Part shown: positions 23,821 to 37,100 of the stretch, piece by piece
How positions within the stretch are numbered: position 1 is the stretch's first letter
Layout: each line of letters opens with the position of its first letter
Source: Laetmonice hystrix
Lineage: Eukaryota
DNA length: 64,000 bases
Reading direction: 5' to 3'
Assembly: GCA_965235115.1 (NCBI GenBank)
Contig: OZ249436.1
Coordinates: forward strand, 44,890,001-44,954,000
Program-made: the position numbers and the translations under genes
Notes under the pieces: model-generated
Database searches by the model: none
What the model was told of the DNA's origin: nothing
What the model saw: only the letters and a program-made list of their open reading frames with translations

Positions 23821-26800
23821 CACACAAACATACCTCACACCAAACGGCTAGAGGATGTATCACACAGAACAACACAAACATACCTCACACCAAACGGCTA
23901 GAGGATGTATCACACAGAACAACACAAACATACCTCACCAAACGGCTAGAGGATGTATCACACAGAACAACACAAACATACCTCACCAAACGGCTAGAGG
24001 ATGTATCACACAGAACAACACAAATATACCTCACCAAACGGCTAGAGAATGTATCACACAGAACGACACAAACATACCTCACCAAACGGCTAGAGGATGT
24101 ATCACACAGAACAACACAAACATACCTCACCAAACGGCTAGAGGATGTATCACACAGAACAACACAAACATACCTCACCAAACGGCTAGAGGATGTATCA
24201 CACAGAACAACACAAACATACCTCACCAAACGGCTAGAGGATGTATCACACAGAACAACACAAACATACCTCACCAAACGGCTAGAGGATGTATCACACA
24301 GAACAACACAAACATACCTCACCAAACGGCTAGAGGATGTATCACACAGAACAACACAAACATACCTCACACCAAACGGCTAGAGGATGTATCACACAGA
24401 ACAACACAAACATACCTCACCAAACGGCTAGAGGATGTATCACACAGAACAACACAAACATACCTCACACCAAACGGCTAGAGGATGTATCACACAGAAC
24501 AACACAAACATACCTCACCAAACGGCTAGAGGATGTATCACACAGAACAACACAAACATACCTCACCAAACGGCTAGAGGATGTATCACACAGAACAACA
24601 CAAACATACCTCACACCAAACGGCTAGAGGATGTATCACACAGAACAACACAAACATACCTCACACCAAACGGCTAGAGGATGTATCACACAGAACAACA
24701 CAAACATACCTCACCAAACGGCTAGAGGATGTATCACACAGAACAACACAAACATACCTCACCAAACGGCTAGATGTATCACACAGAACAACACAAACAT
24801 ACCTCACCAAACGGCTAGAGGATGTATCACACAGAACAACACAAATATACCTCACCAAACGGCTAGAGGATGTATCACACAGAACAACACAAACATACCT
24901 CACCAAACGGCTAGAGGATGTATCACACAGAACAACACAAACATACCTCACCAAACGGCTAGAGGATGTATCACACAGAACAACACAAACATACCTCACC
25001 AAACGGCTAGAGGATGTATCACACAGAACAACACAAACATACCTCACCAAACGGCTAGATGTATCACACAGAACAACACAAACATACCTCACCAAACGGC
25101 TAGAGGATGTATCACACAGAACAACACAAACATACCTCACACCAAACGGCTAGAGGATGTATCACACAGAACAACACAAACATACCTCACACCAAACGGC
25201 TAGAGGATGTATCACACAGAACAACACAAACATACCTCACCAAACGGCTAGATGTATCACACAGAACAACAAAAACATACCTCACCAAACGGCTAAAGAA
25301 TATATCACACAGAACAACACAAACATACCTCACACCAAACTGCTAGAGGATGTATCACACAGAACAACACAAACATACCTCACCAAACGGCTAGATGTAT
25401 CACACAGAACAACACAAACATACCTCACCAAACGGCTAGAGGATGTATCACACAGAACAACACAAACATACCTCAGCAAACGGCTAGAGGATGTATCACA
25501 CAGAACAACACAAACATACCTCAGCAAACGGCTAGAGGATGTATCACACAGAACAACACAAACATACCTCACCAAACGGCTAGAGGATGTATCACACAGA
25601 ACAACACAAACATACCTCACCAAACGGCTAGAGGATGTATCACACAGAACAACACAAACATACCTCACCAAACGGCTAGAGGATGTATCACACAGAACAA
25701 CACAAACATACCTCACCAAACGGCTAGAGGATGTATCACACAGAACAACACAAACATACCTCACCAAACGGCTAGAGGATGTATCACACAGAACAACACA
25801 AACATACCTCACCAAACGGCTAGAGGATGTATCACACAGAACAACACAAACATACCTCACCAAACGGCTAGAGGATGTATCACACAGAACAACACAAACA
25901 TACCTCACCAAACGGCTAGATGTATCACACAGAACAACACAAACATACCTCACCAAACGGCTAGAGAATGTATCACACAGAACAACACAAACATACCTCA
26001 CCAAACGGCTAGAGGATGTATCACACAGAACAACACAAACATGCCTCACCAAACGGCTAGAGGATGTATTACTCAGAACAACACAAACATACCTCACCAA
26101 ACGGCTAGAGGATGTATCACACAGAACAACACAAACATACCTCACCAAACGGCTAGAGGATGTATCACACAGAACAACACAAACATACCTCACCAAACGG
26201 CTAGAGGATGTATCACACAGAACAACACAAACATACCTCACCAAACGGCTAGAGGATGTATCACACAGAACAACACAAACATACCTCACCAAACGGCTAG
26301 AGAATGTATCACACAGAACAACACAAACATACCTCACCAAACGGCTAGATGTATCACACAGAACAACACAAACATACCTCACCAAACGGCTAGAGGATGT
26401 ATCACACGGAACAACACAAACATACCTCACACCAAACGGCTAGAGGATGTATCACACAGAACAACACAAACATACCTCACACCAAACGGCTAGAGGATGT
26501 ATCACACAGAACAACACAAACATACCTCACCAAACGGCTAGAGGATGTATCACACAGAACAACACAAACATACCTCACACCAAACGGCTAGAGGATGTAT
26601 CACACAGAACAACACAAACATACCTCACCAAACGGCTAGAGGATGTATCACACAGAACAACACAAACATACCTCACCAAACGGCTAGAGGATGTATCACA
26701 CAGAACAACACAAACATACCTCACACCAAACGGCTAGAGGATGTATCACACAGAACAACACAAACATACCTCACACCAAACGGCTAGAGGATGTATCACA

Positions 26801-28948
26801 CAGAACAACACAAACATACCTCACCAAACGGCTAGAGGATGTATCACACAGAACAACACAAACATACCTCACCAAACGGCTAGATGTATCACACAGAACA
26901 ACACAAACATACCTCACCAAACGGCTAGAGGATGTATCACACAGAACAACACAAATATACCTCACCAAACGGCTAGAGGATGTATCACACAGAACAACAC
27001 AAACATACCTCACCAAACGGCTAGAGGATGTATCACACAGAACAACACAAACATACCTCACCAAACGGCTAGAGGATGTATCACACAGAACAACACAAAC
27101 ATACCTCACCAAACGGCTAGAGGATGTATCACACAGAACAACACAAACATACCTCACCAAACGGCTAGATGTATCACACAGAACAACACAAACATACCTC
27201 ACCAAACGGCTAGAGGATGTATCACACAGAACAACACAAACATACCTCACACCAAACGGCTAGAGGATGTATCACACAGAACAACACAAACATACCTCAC
27301 CAAACGGCTAGATGTATCACACAGAACAACACAAACATACCTCACCAAACGGCTAGAGGATGTATCACACAGAACAACACAAACATACCTCACACCAAAC
27401 GGCTAGAGGATGTATCACACAGAACAACACAAACATACCTCACACCAAACGGCTAGAGGATGTATCACACAGAACAACACAAACATACCTCACACCAAAC
27501 GGCTAGAGGATGTATCACACAGAACAACACAAACATACCTCACCAAACGGCTAGATGTATCACACAGAACAACAAAAACATACCTCACCAAACGGCTAAA
27601 GAATGTATCACACAGAACAACACAAACCTACCTCACACCAAACTGCTAGAGGATGTATCACACAGAACAACACAAACATACCTCACCAAACGGCTAGATG
27701 TATCACACAGAACAACACAAACATACCTCACCAAACGGCTAGAGGATGTATCACACAGAACAACACAAACATACCTCAGCAAACGGCTAGAGGATGTATC
27801 ACACAGAACAACACAAACATACCTCAGCAAACGGCTAGAGGATGTATCACACAGAACAACACAAACATACCTCACCAAACGGCTAGAGGATGTATCACAC
27901 AGAACAACACAAACATACCTCACCAAACGGCTAGAGGATGTATCACACAGAACAACACAAACATACCTCACCAAACGGCTAGAGGATGTATCACACAGAA
28001 CAACACAAACATACCTCACCAAACGGCTAGAGGATGTATCACACAGAACAACACAAACATACCTCACCAAACGGCTAGAGGATGTATCACACAGAACAAC
28101 ACAAACATACCTCACCAAACGGCTAGAGGATGTATCACACAGAACAACACAAACATACCTCACCAAACGGCTAGAGGATGTATCACACAGAACAACACAA
28201 ACATACCTCACCAAACGGCTAGATGTATCACACAGAACAACACAAACATACCTCACCAAACGGCTAGAGAATGTATCACACAGAACAACACAAACATACC
28301 TCACCAAACGGCTAGAGGATGTATCACACAGAACAACACAAACATGCCTCACCAAACGGCTAGAGGATGTATTACACAGAACAACACAAACATACCTCAC
28401 CAAACGGCTAGAGGATGTATCACACAGAACAACACAAACATACCTCACCAAACGGCTAGAGGATGTATCACACAGAACAACACAAACATACCTCACCAAA
28501 CGGCTAGAGGATGTATCACACAGAACAACACAAACATACCTCACCAAACGGCTAGAGGATGTATCACACAGAACAACACAAACATACCTCACCAAACGGC
28601 TAGAGAATGTATCACACAGAACAACACAAACATACCTCACCAAACGGCTAGATGTATCACACAGAACAACACAAACATACCTCACCAAACGGCTAGAGGA
28701 TGTATCACACGGAACAACACAAACATACCTCACACCAAACGGCTAGAGGATGTATCACACAGAACAACACAAACATACCTCACCAAACGGCTAGAGGATG
28801 TATCACACAGAACAACACAAACATACCTCACCAAACGGCTAGAGGATGTATCACACAGAACAACACAAACATACCTCACCAAACGGCTAGAGGATGTATC
28901 ACACAGAACAACACAAACATACCTCACCAAACGGCTAGAGAATGTATC
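23821..28948. repeat. 48-bp satellite (45/48/50-bp variants), ~105 copies, with higher-order duplication
   Basis: ACATACCTCACCAAACGGCTAGAGGATGTATCACACAGAACAACACAA repeated. Confidence 0.98.
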
Positions 28949-29193
28949 CCCCGCCCTTCAGAATTATCCCCTGACTCACAATACACGAATACCTTACTAG
29001 GTCAAAACAACGCCGCGAGTACAGGGCCATATTTCCCCAATTAGACGCCTACCAGCTTAGCATACATAATTCAGGGACTATGCGGTGTGCCCTGTAGGAA
29101 AGACAAGATTAACTGACCAGAACATTACCAGTGGACGTCCTGGCCAGCCACGGGCGTGGCTACAGGCCTACTGTCCACAGATGTGTTACAATA

Positions 29194-29353
29194 CGGTGGT
29201 GGATACGAGGGGGGTACTGGGGTTGCACCCCGCTGTTACGAAGTAATTTTTCTTTTCCCCTGCTTGAAAGGTTCACACAAGACATACAACAACAACCAGC
29301 CCCCCGGGCACCCCCCCCCCCCCCCCGTTGGCGCAAACCTGGATCCGCCCTTG
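29194..29353. mobile_element. Degenerate MITE related to the GGATCC-terminus family at 49921
   Basis: Ends CCTGGATCCGCCCTTG after a poly-C run; degenerate left end CGGTGGTGGATACGAGGGGG. Confidence 0.4.
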
Positions 29354-30599
29354 CATTAATATTAACTGCTGAACACCTGCCCCCCCCCCCCCCCCAACCC
29401 CCACCTGAGAGAAATCTTCAGAGAATCAAGAGGAAAGAGGACACCTTCCCTTACTGAGGCGTTATGATTTCCCTTATCCATAATTTAAAAGCTACTCTCA
29501 CCATCACGATTCGAGTGGGAGATGAAATTATTAAAGTGGTTGCGCTTCCTGTGATGGGAACGGGAGTAGGAATAATAGGGCCACCAGTTTTCTTCAACAT
29601 GGCTTCCCCTGAATTTCCTGGAGATGAAACCGTTGGTGATCTAATTGTACTACCTACAGAACACATCAGAATATCTTCTTGTCGACCCGCCACTTGTAGC
29701 AGTGTACCAAAGTGGGTTCACAATGATTTAGGGACCGTCTACAGCCTTGTTGACCACAAACGCACCCAACTGGGAAGATGGACAGTCATCGACACCCATT
29801 GAAAGTAACATGAACCGGCACCCATTCACGCTACCATCTTCTCAGATTAGTTCGCGTAGCTTTGAAGATCTTTCTGGTGATGTCCGCATGAAGGAGGAGT
29901 CCTGATTCCGAGAAGTGAGCCAACCTGTTGACCTCTCCATTAACCTAATTAAAATCTTACACATCTTTAAGATCTTTCCGGGGATGGTTGTATGAAGGAG
30001 GAGGTTATTTGATCGTAAAGGCAAGCCAACCTCGTGACCTTTCTACTTAAAATCTTTTTTTAATGTATTTTTTATTTCCTTTTGCTCTACTTAAAATCGT
30101 ATTGAAATCATATTTGTAATATTCATGAAACTTACATAATACAACATAGGCCTAATACTGTCTAATGGCAGTCTAAGTGCAATTTATAAGACAATCAACC
30201 ATGGCTAATTACGGATACATTGAAGTGCCCATCAAAGTAACGACTGCACCCATTGCATAAGGCGACCTGCAGTAGTTTTTTTTTCACTTCAGTGGATTTA
30301 TTCCATGGTAATATAGGCCGGTCCCAGGACACGCGGTATACAACAGGTCACCGCAGCACACGTATAACCCCTATACAGCCTTTGCTTTGATTCAGTGTCG
30401 TTTTCAAAGGTAGAACCTACTTAAGTTCGGTTACATATCCTTCAATCTCTTTGGTACCAACCAATAAAATACCAAACCCGTACAGCAAGCATCAGAGTGT
30501 GTAAGACGTTGTGGTATAGATAGGGATGTTATTTTGGGGCAAGTCGAGTAGATTTTTCCTCACGTCCTTGAGAACACCGACGTATATATATCGCGAAAA

Positions 30600-30890
30600 A
30601 AAGATATTTCACAGTTTGAGGAGTTTAGTCTTCAAGAAGATATTTCACAGTTTGAGGAGTTTAGTCTTCAAGAATATATTTCACAGTTTGAGGAGTTTAG
30701 TCTTCAAGAAGATATTTCACAGTTTGAGGAGTTTAGTCTTCAAGAAGATATTTCACAGTTTGAGGAGTTTAGTCTTCAAGAAGATATTTCACAGTTTGAG
30801 GAGTTTAGTCTTCAAGAAGATATTTCACAGTTTGAGGAGTTTAGTCTTCAAGAAGATATTTCACAGTTTGAGGAGTTTAGTCTTCAAGAT
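30600..30890. repeat. 36-bp minisatellite, 8 copies
   Basis: AAGATATTTCACAGTTTGAGGAGTTTAGTCTTCAAG repeated. Confidence 0.97.
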
Positions 30891-31397
30891 AAAAAATAAC
30901 ATCCTGCCAGAACGGGGAGGGGGGGGGGTACTTACAGCTTCTCAAACAGCTATTGATCTTGTACGGGGCAATTCCTATCATATGTATAATAAACCCCCAT
31001 ATGATCCAAACATACCAAGAATGAAGTGTCACCCAGTTTCTAATTCACTTATTCCACTGGAATGGACGACGTGTTTGTCACTGCAGTGTCACATTAGATC
31101 ATTCTGCTCACTTTAAAATTATTGTCGGCTGGTTAACGATGAGAATTGAGACTTTAATCAACTCAACGAACTGAATTAAATTATCGTGGTGAACATTAGT
31201 TTTCTTCAGGTCTCCATAGAATTGTTAATATTAATTATAGGACTGGATTTAATATCACCGAGAGGAAGGCGTACTCAGAACGGACTTGGTTGGCCCTGGT
31301 ACCATTCCGTGGGGAAAACACTGGGGGTGTATCAGACAGGGGTAGCCCCGCATGGTATCATCTGATTGAATGTATCGTTATTCCTATCCTAGAACTG

Positions 31398-31995
31398 GCC
31401 CTAACCTCTACCCTCAGTCTACAAACCTCCACACGGAACTCATCCCTATCATACCTGCCCCTAACACTAACCTCTACCCTCAGTCTACAAACCTCCACAC
31501 GGAACTCATCCCTATCATACCTGCCCCTAACACTAACCTCTACCCTCAGTCTACAAACCTCCACACGGAACTCATCCCTATCATACCTGTCCCTAACACT
31601 AACATCTACCCTCAGTCTACAAACCTCCACACGGAACTCATCCCTATCTCAGGCCTGTCCCTAACACTAACCTCTACCCTCAGTCTACAAACCTCCACAC
31701 GGAACTCATCCCTATCATACCTGCCCCTAACACTAACCTCTACCCTCAGTCTACAAACCTCCACACGGAACTCATCCCTATCATACCTGTCCCTAACACT
31801 AACCTCTACCCTTAGTCTACAAACCTCCACACGGAACTCATCCCTATCATACCTGCCCTCTAACACTAACCTCTACCCTCAGTCTACAAACCTCCACACG
31901 GAACTCATCCCTATCATACCTGTCCCTAACACAAACCTCTACCCTCAGTCTACAAACCTCCACAAGGAACTCATCCCTATCAGACCTGCTCCCAA
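31398..31995. repeat. 66-bp minisatellite, ~9 copies
   Basis: CTAACCTCTACCCTCAGTCTACAAACCTCCACACGGAACTCATCCCTATCATACCTGYCCCTAACA repeated. Confidence 0.97.
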
Positions 31996-32429
31996 CACCA
32001 ACTCCCAAACCCTATTTCGTGAGAGTACATAGTATCCCCATTGATCAGATGCGTCAGCTACATTCTCGCAGGTTCGCCTAAATATGTTCGTGTTTCGGAA
32101 TATATCTAAAATGAGCAATACAATTGAAGAGAGCGGAATGTTTGTGACAGTCCAGAACATCAGGTTTTATAGTCGGCCCAAACAACGCGTTTCTTCACAG
32201 ATGCATAAAACCAACTTTAATTTTGTATTGTTTTTTTTGGCAGAGCGAATGAATATTATTGCCTTTAGCGTTAGTGTTATAAATGTTCCTTTTTGTCTGA
32301 CTTTACATTTGAGCGTGGTGAAAGCGTACAATTATTGACATGAGGGTTGTGTGATAATACTGCAGGGCGTGTCCCATGCACAGTCAGGTTGAACAAACCT
32401 CCCCCTTTCCACGTGATCTAGTTTTCCAG

Positions 32430-32554
32430 TATCACAGTGAAGCACGTCACATGGCCTCCCTGATTGGAAGGCCCTATGTATACAAAACACAACAAAATAC
32501 ATGTCCTGGAACACAATGGATTCCGGGAACGAACCAAACAAAAATCAGGAACTG
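32430..32554 (+). other. Candidate 125-nt exon
   Basis: GTTTTCCAG| acceptor and CTG|GTAAGTA donor; frame 0 open. Confidence 0.35.
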
Positions 32555-34189
32555 GTAAGTATGATGTGAATATAGGCCGGAATATGGCATTTACATAGCG
32601 TCTACCGCCCCCGGCGCTGGGTAAGGTTGGAGGCGGGTCGTTAAACCTTGAGGATGTCGTCCTCAGACATTTACTACACACCCACATAATAGTTTAATCA
32701 TACACCCGAGGCAGTAAGACAAGGAATTGTGTCTCGGGGCACTTGTTGGACAAGACAACTACTCTGTGGTTTGTCAAACTACAGTAATACGAACTGTCTG
32801 ACTTAACAATTGGCCGCATAGTTTAAAGACAGCCGTCGGCAGTCATAATTTTCTCGCAAAAGGCTTTTTAAAAAATATATTTTATTTATACTGTTGGGCT
32901 AGCTAGGCAGTTGATGTAGCTCGGTGCCTGTCCTGCAGAGGGCGCAATGAGTAGGGCCTACCATACGCTGGTCTCAACCCTGGAGAAGGACTTCTCACAA
33001 CATGAGCCTCACATGATGCACGTTATATACTATAATGCTGTTCTTGCAGAAGGAGAGACCAAGGCAGTTTATCATTCTTCAAGAAGAAGCTAACATGTGT
33101 ATCGGCTCAGAAGTAAGTTGACAACATATCTGCATCTTTGCATCACACTCCAGTGTCACTTGTTTCGTAATAACTTTTAGAAGTAAAGTAGAAAATAACC
33201 CGAATCTTCACTCGGCTCAGCGTCGACTGACTGCGTCATGTCTCGGCTGTACGACTGAAGGTCGGGACCAGTGACCCGGATGCAGACAACAAACTCGTGC
33301 GGTGCCGCCGTGCCGAAAATGAAGAACTCCCCTCTTTGCCTGTGTCGGACTTTACAGATTTGCTCGCAGGTGAAGAAAAGACTGTTTTGCCTCCACGGGA
33401 GAAAGTTCGAGAAGGATAGGTAGCCTATGTTGAGAAATTAGATTTGAGCTATGTGCTTGTGCGTAGGGGGAAATTCGACTATTTACTGCTCATATCTATC
33501 CTGGGAAAATGGCCGCTTCATACATCCAAGGCCTGGTTCGTCTCCGGATATGACCTAAAAACAGCCAATCAGAAGCAGCGTTCCGAGTGGTGGGTCTTTG
33601 TACAGATAAACACATCTCATTCGCACATATAAACATTTACTAAGTTAAACCAGAAGTATTTTTTACCTCTGGTAATAAGATATCTTTGAATCATTTTTGT
33701 TCAGTACTGTCAACCCAACCGAAATCGGCTGGCCTGGCGAACCAGTGTCAGAACACGCCCTTTTAATTCATTGTGATTGCCGTATGAAAGAACACGAATA
33801 ATCTTGGTATCGACTTTTCTTCATCATCAACATCATGAACCAAATATCCCCTGGTCCATCACTCATTCTGTGCGGGCGATGTCCTGAAACTTAGGAAGCG
33901 CTGTCACGCTGACAAACGTGTGTCTCCCTCGTACTGTTGTCTTCAAGTTTCCTTCGAGTCCTTTATTGATTTTCGTTCAAATTAAGAGGGGAGTGTGAGA
34001 TCTCACGAGGGATTTTATATCCAAAGAAATACAAATACAATATCTTGCAATTGAGATGAATCTATTCAAACTTGAGTGTATTTGATTTCTATATACATGT
34101 AGATTCTATAACCTTTGGCAAATCTTGACGGGGATGATACCAGGAATGTTATAACATCCAATCCTGAATATTGGACATTTAGAGAATAT

Positions 34190-37100
34190 CCTCCTCCCCC
34201 TCCTCCCCCTCCTCCCCCCTCCTCCCCCTCCTCCCCCGGCCCCAGGGCGTGGCTGGAGTCTGGTCAGCCTGGCCCAGTGTCACACCCACCCCCTCCCCCT
34301 CCCCCCCGGCCCCAGGGCGTGGCTGGAGTCTGGTCAGCCTGGCCCAGTGTCACACCCACCCCCTCCTCCCCTCCTCCCACCGGCCCCAGGGCGTGGCTGG
34401 AGTCTGGTCAGCCTGGCCCAGTGTCACACCGACCCCCTCCTCCCCTCCTCCCACCGGCCCCAGGGCGTGGCTGGAGTCTGGTCAGCCTCGCCCAGTGTCA
34501 CACCCACCCCCTCCTCCCCCTCCTCCCACCGGCCCCAGGGCGTGGCTGGAGTCTGGTCAGCCTGGCCCAGTGTCACACCCACCCCCTCCTCCCCTCCTCC
34601 CACCGGCCCCAGGGCGTGGCTGGAGTCTGGTCAGCCTGGCCCAGTGTCACACCGACCCCCTCCTCCCCTCCTCCCACCGGCCCCAGGGCGTGGCTGGAGT
34701 CTGGTCAGCCTGGCCCAGTGTCACACCCACCCCCTCCTCCCCTCCTCCCACCGGCCCCAGGGCGTGGCTGGAGTCTGGTCAGCCTGGCCCAGTGTCACAC
34801 CCACCCCCTCCTCCCCCTCCTCCCACCGGCCCCAGGGCGTGGCTGGAGTCTGGTCAGCCTGGCCCAGTGTCACACCCACCCCCTCCTCCCCTCCTCCCAC
34901 CGGCCCCAGGGCGTGGCTGGAGTCTGGTCAGCCTGGCCCAGTGTCACACCCACCCCCTCCTCCCCTCCTCCCACCGGCCCCAGGGCGTGGCTGGAGTCTG
35001 GTCAGCCTGGCCCAGTGTCACACCCACCCCCTCCTCCCCCTCCTCCCCTGGCCCCAGGGCGTGGCTGGAGTCTGGTCAGCCTGGCCCAGTGTCACACCCA
35101 CCCCTCCTCCCCTCCTCCCCCTTCTCCCACCGGCCCCAGGGCGTGGCTGGAGTCTGGTCAGCCTGGCCCAGTGTCACACCCACCCCCTCCTCCTCCCCCT
35201 CCTCCCCCTCCTCCCACCGGCCCCAGGGCGTGGCTGGAGTCTGGTCAGCCTGGCCCAGTGTCACACCCACCCCTCCCCCTCCACCCACCGGCCCCAGGGC
35301 GTGGCTGGAGTCTGGTCAGCCTGGCCCAGTGTCACACCCACCCCTCCCCCTCCACCCACCGGCCCCAGGGCGTGGCTGGAGTCTGGTCAGCCTGGCCCAG
35401 TGTCACACCCACCCCCTCCTCCCCCTCCTCCCACCGGCCCCAGGGCGTGGCTGGAGTCTGGTCAGCCTGGCCCAGTGTCACACCCACCCCTCTCCCTCCT
35501 CCCCCGGCCCCAGGGCGTGGCTGGAGTCTGGTCAGCCTGGCCCAGTGTCACACCCACCCCCTCCTCCCCTTCCTCCCACCGGCCCCAGGGCGTGGCTGGA
35601 GTCTGGTCAGCCTGGCCCAGTGTCACACCCACCCCCTCCTCCCCCTCCTCCCCTGGCCCCAGGGCGTGGCTGGAGTCTGGTCAGCCTGGCCCAGTGTCAC
35701 ACCCACCCCCTCCTCCCCCTCCTCCCCCTCCTCCCACCGGCCCCAGGGCGTGGCTGGAGTCTGGTCAGCCTGGCCCAGTGTTACACCCACCCCCCCCCTC
35801 CTCCCACCGGCCCAAGGGCGTGGCTGGAGTCTGGTCAGCCTGGTCCAGTGTCACACCCACCCCCTCCTCCCCCTCCTCCCCCTTCCTCCCACCGGCCACA
35901 GGGCGTGGCTGGAGTCTGGTCAGCCTGGCCCAGTGTCACACCCACCCCCTCCTCCCCCTCCTCCCCCGGCCCCAGGGTGTGGCTGGAGTCTGGTCAGCCT
36001 GGCCCAGTGTCACACCCACCCCCTCCTCCCCCCTCCTCCCCCTTCTCCCACCGGCCCCAGGGCGTGGCTGGAGTCTGGTCAGCCTGGCCCAGTGTCACAC
36101 CCACCCCCTTCCCCCTTCCTCCCACCGGCCACAGGGCGTGGCTGGAGTCTGGTCAGCCTGGCCCAGTGTCACACCCACCCCCTCCTCCCCCCTCCTCCCC
36201 CTTCTCCCACCGGCCCCAGGGCGTGGCTGGAGTCTGGTCAGCCTGGCCCAGTGTCACACCCACCCCCTTCCCCCTTCCTCCCACCGGCCACAGGGCGTGG
36301 CTGGAGTCTGGTCAGCCTGGCCCAGTGTCACACCCACCCCCTTCCCCCTCCTCCCACCGGCCACAGGGCGTGGCTGGAGTCTGGTCAGCCTCGCCCAGTG
36401 TCACACCCACCCCCTCCTCCCCCTCCTCCCACCGGCCCCAGGGCGTGGCTGGAGTCTGGTCAGCCTGGCCCAGTGTCACACCCACCCCCTCCCCCTCCTC
36501 CCACCGGCCCCAGGGCGTGGCTGGAGTCTGGTCAGCCTGGCCCAGTGTCACACCCACCCCCTCCTCCCCCTCCTCCTCCCACCGGCCCCAGGGCGTGGCT
36601 GGAGTCTGGTCAGCCTGGCCCAGTGTCACACCCACCCCCTCCTCCCCCTCCTCCCACCGGCCCCAGGGCGTGGCTGGGGTCTGGTCAGCCTGGCCCAGTG
36701 TCACACCCACCCCCTCCTCCCCCTCCTCCCCCTCCTCCCACCGGCCCCAGGGCGTGGCTGGAGTCTGGTCAGCCTCGCCCAGTGTCACACCCACCCCTCC
36801 CCCCTCCTCCCCCGGCCCCAGGGCGTGGCTGGAGTCTGGTCAGCCTGGCCCAGTGTCACACCCACCCCCTCCTCCCCCTCCTCCCACCGGCCCCAGGGCG
36901 TGGCTGGAGTCTGGTCAGCCTGGCCCAGTGTCACACCCTCCCCCTCCTCCCCCTCCTCCCCCTCCTCCCACCGGCCCCAGGGCGTGGCTGGAGTCTGGTC
37001 AGCCTGGCCCAGTGTCACACCCACCCCCTCCTCCCCCTCCTCCCACCGGCCCCAGGGCGTGGCTGGAGTCTGGTCAGCCTGGCCCAGTGTCACACCCACC

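Noticed and set aside
23676..29044. Many 60-465 aa ORFs over the 48-bp array
   Set aside because: Translations of the satellite; the 50-bp variants break the frame repeatedly.
30526..32032. ORFs over the 36-bp and 66-bp arrays
   Set aside because: Repeat translations with unrecognisable flanks.
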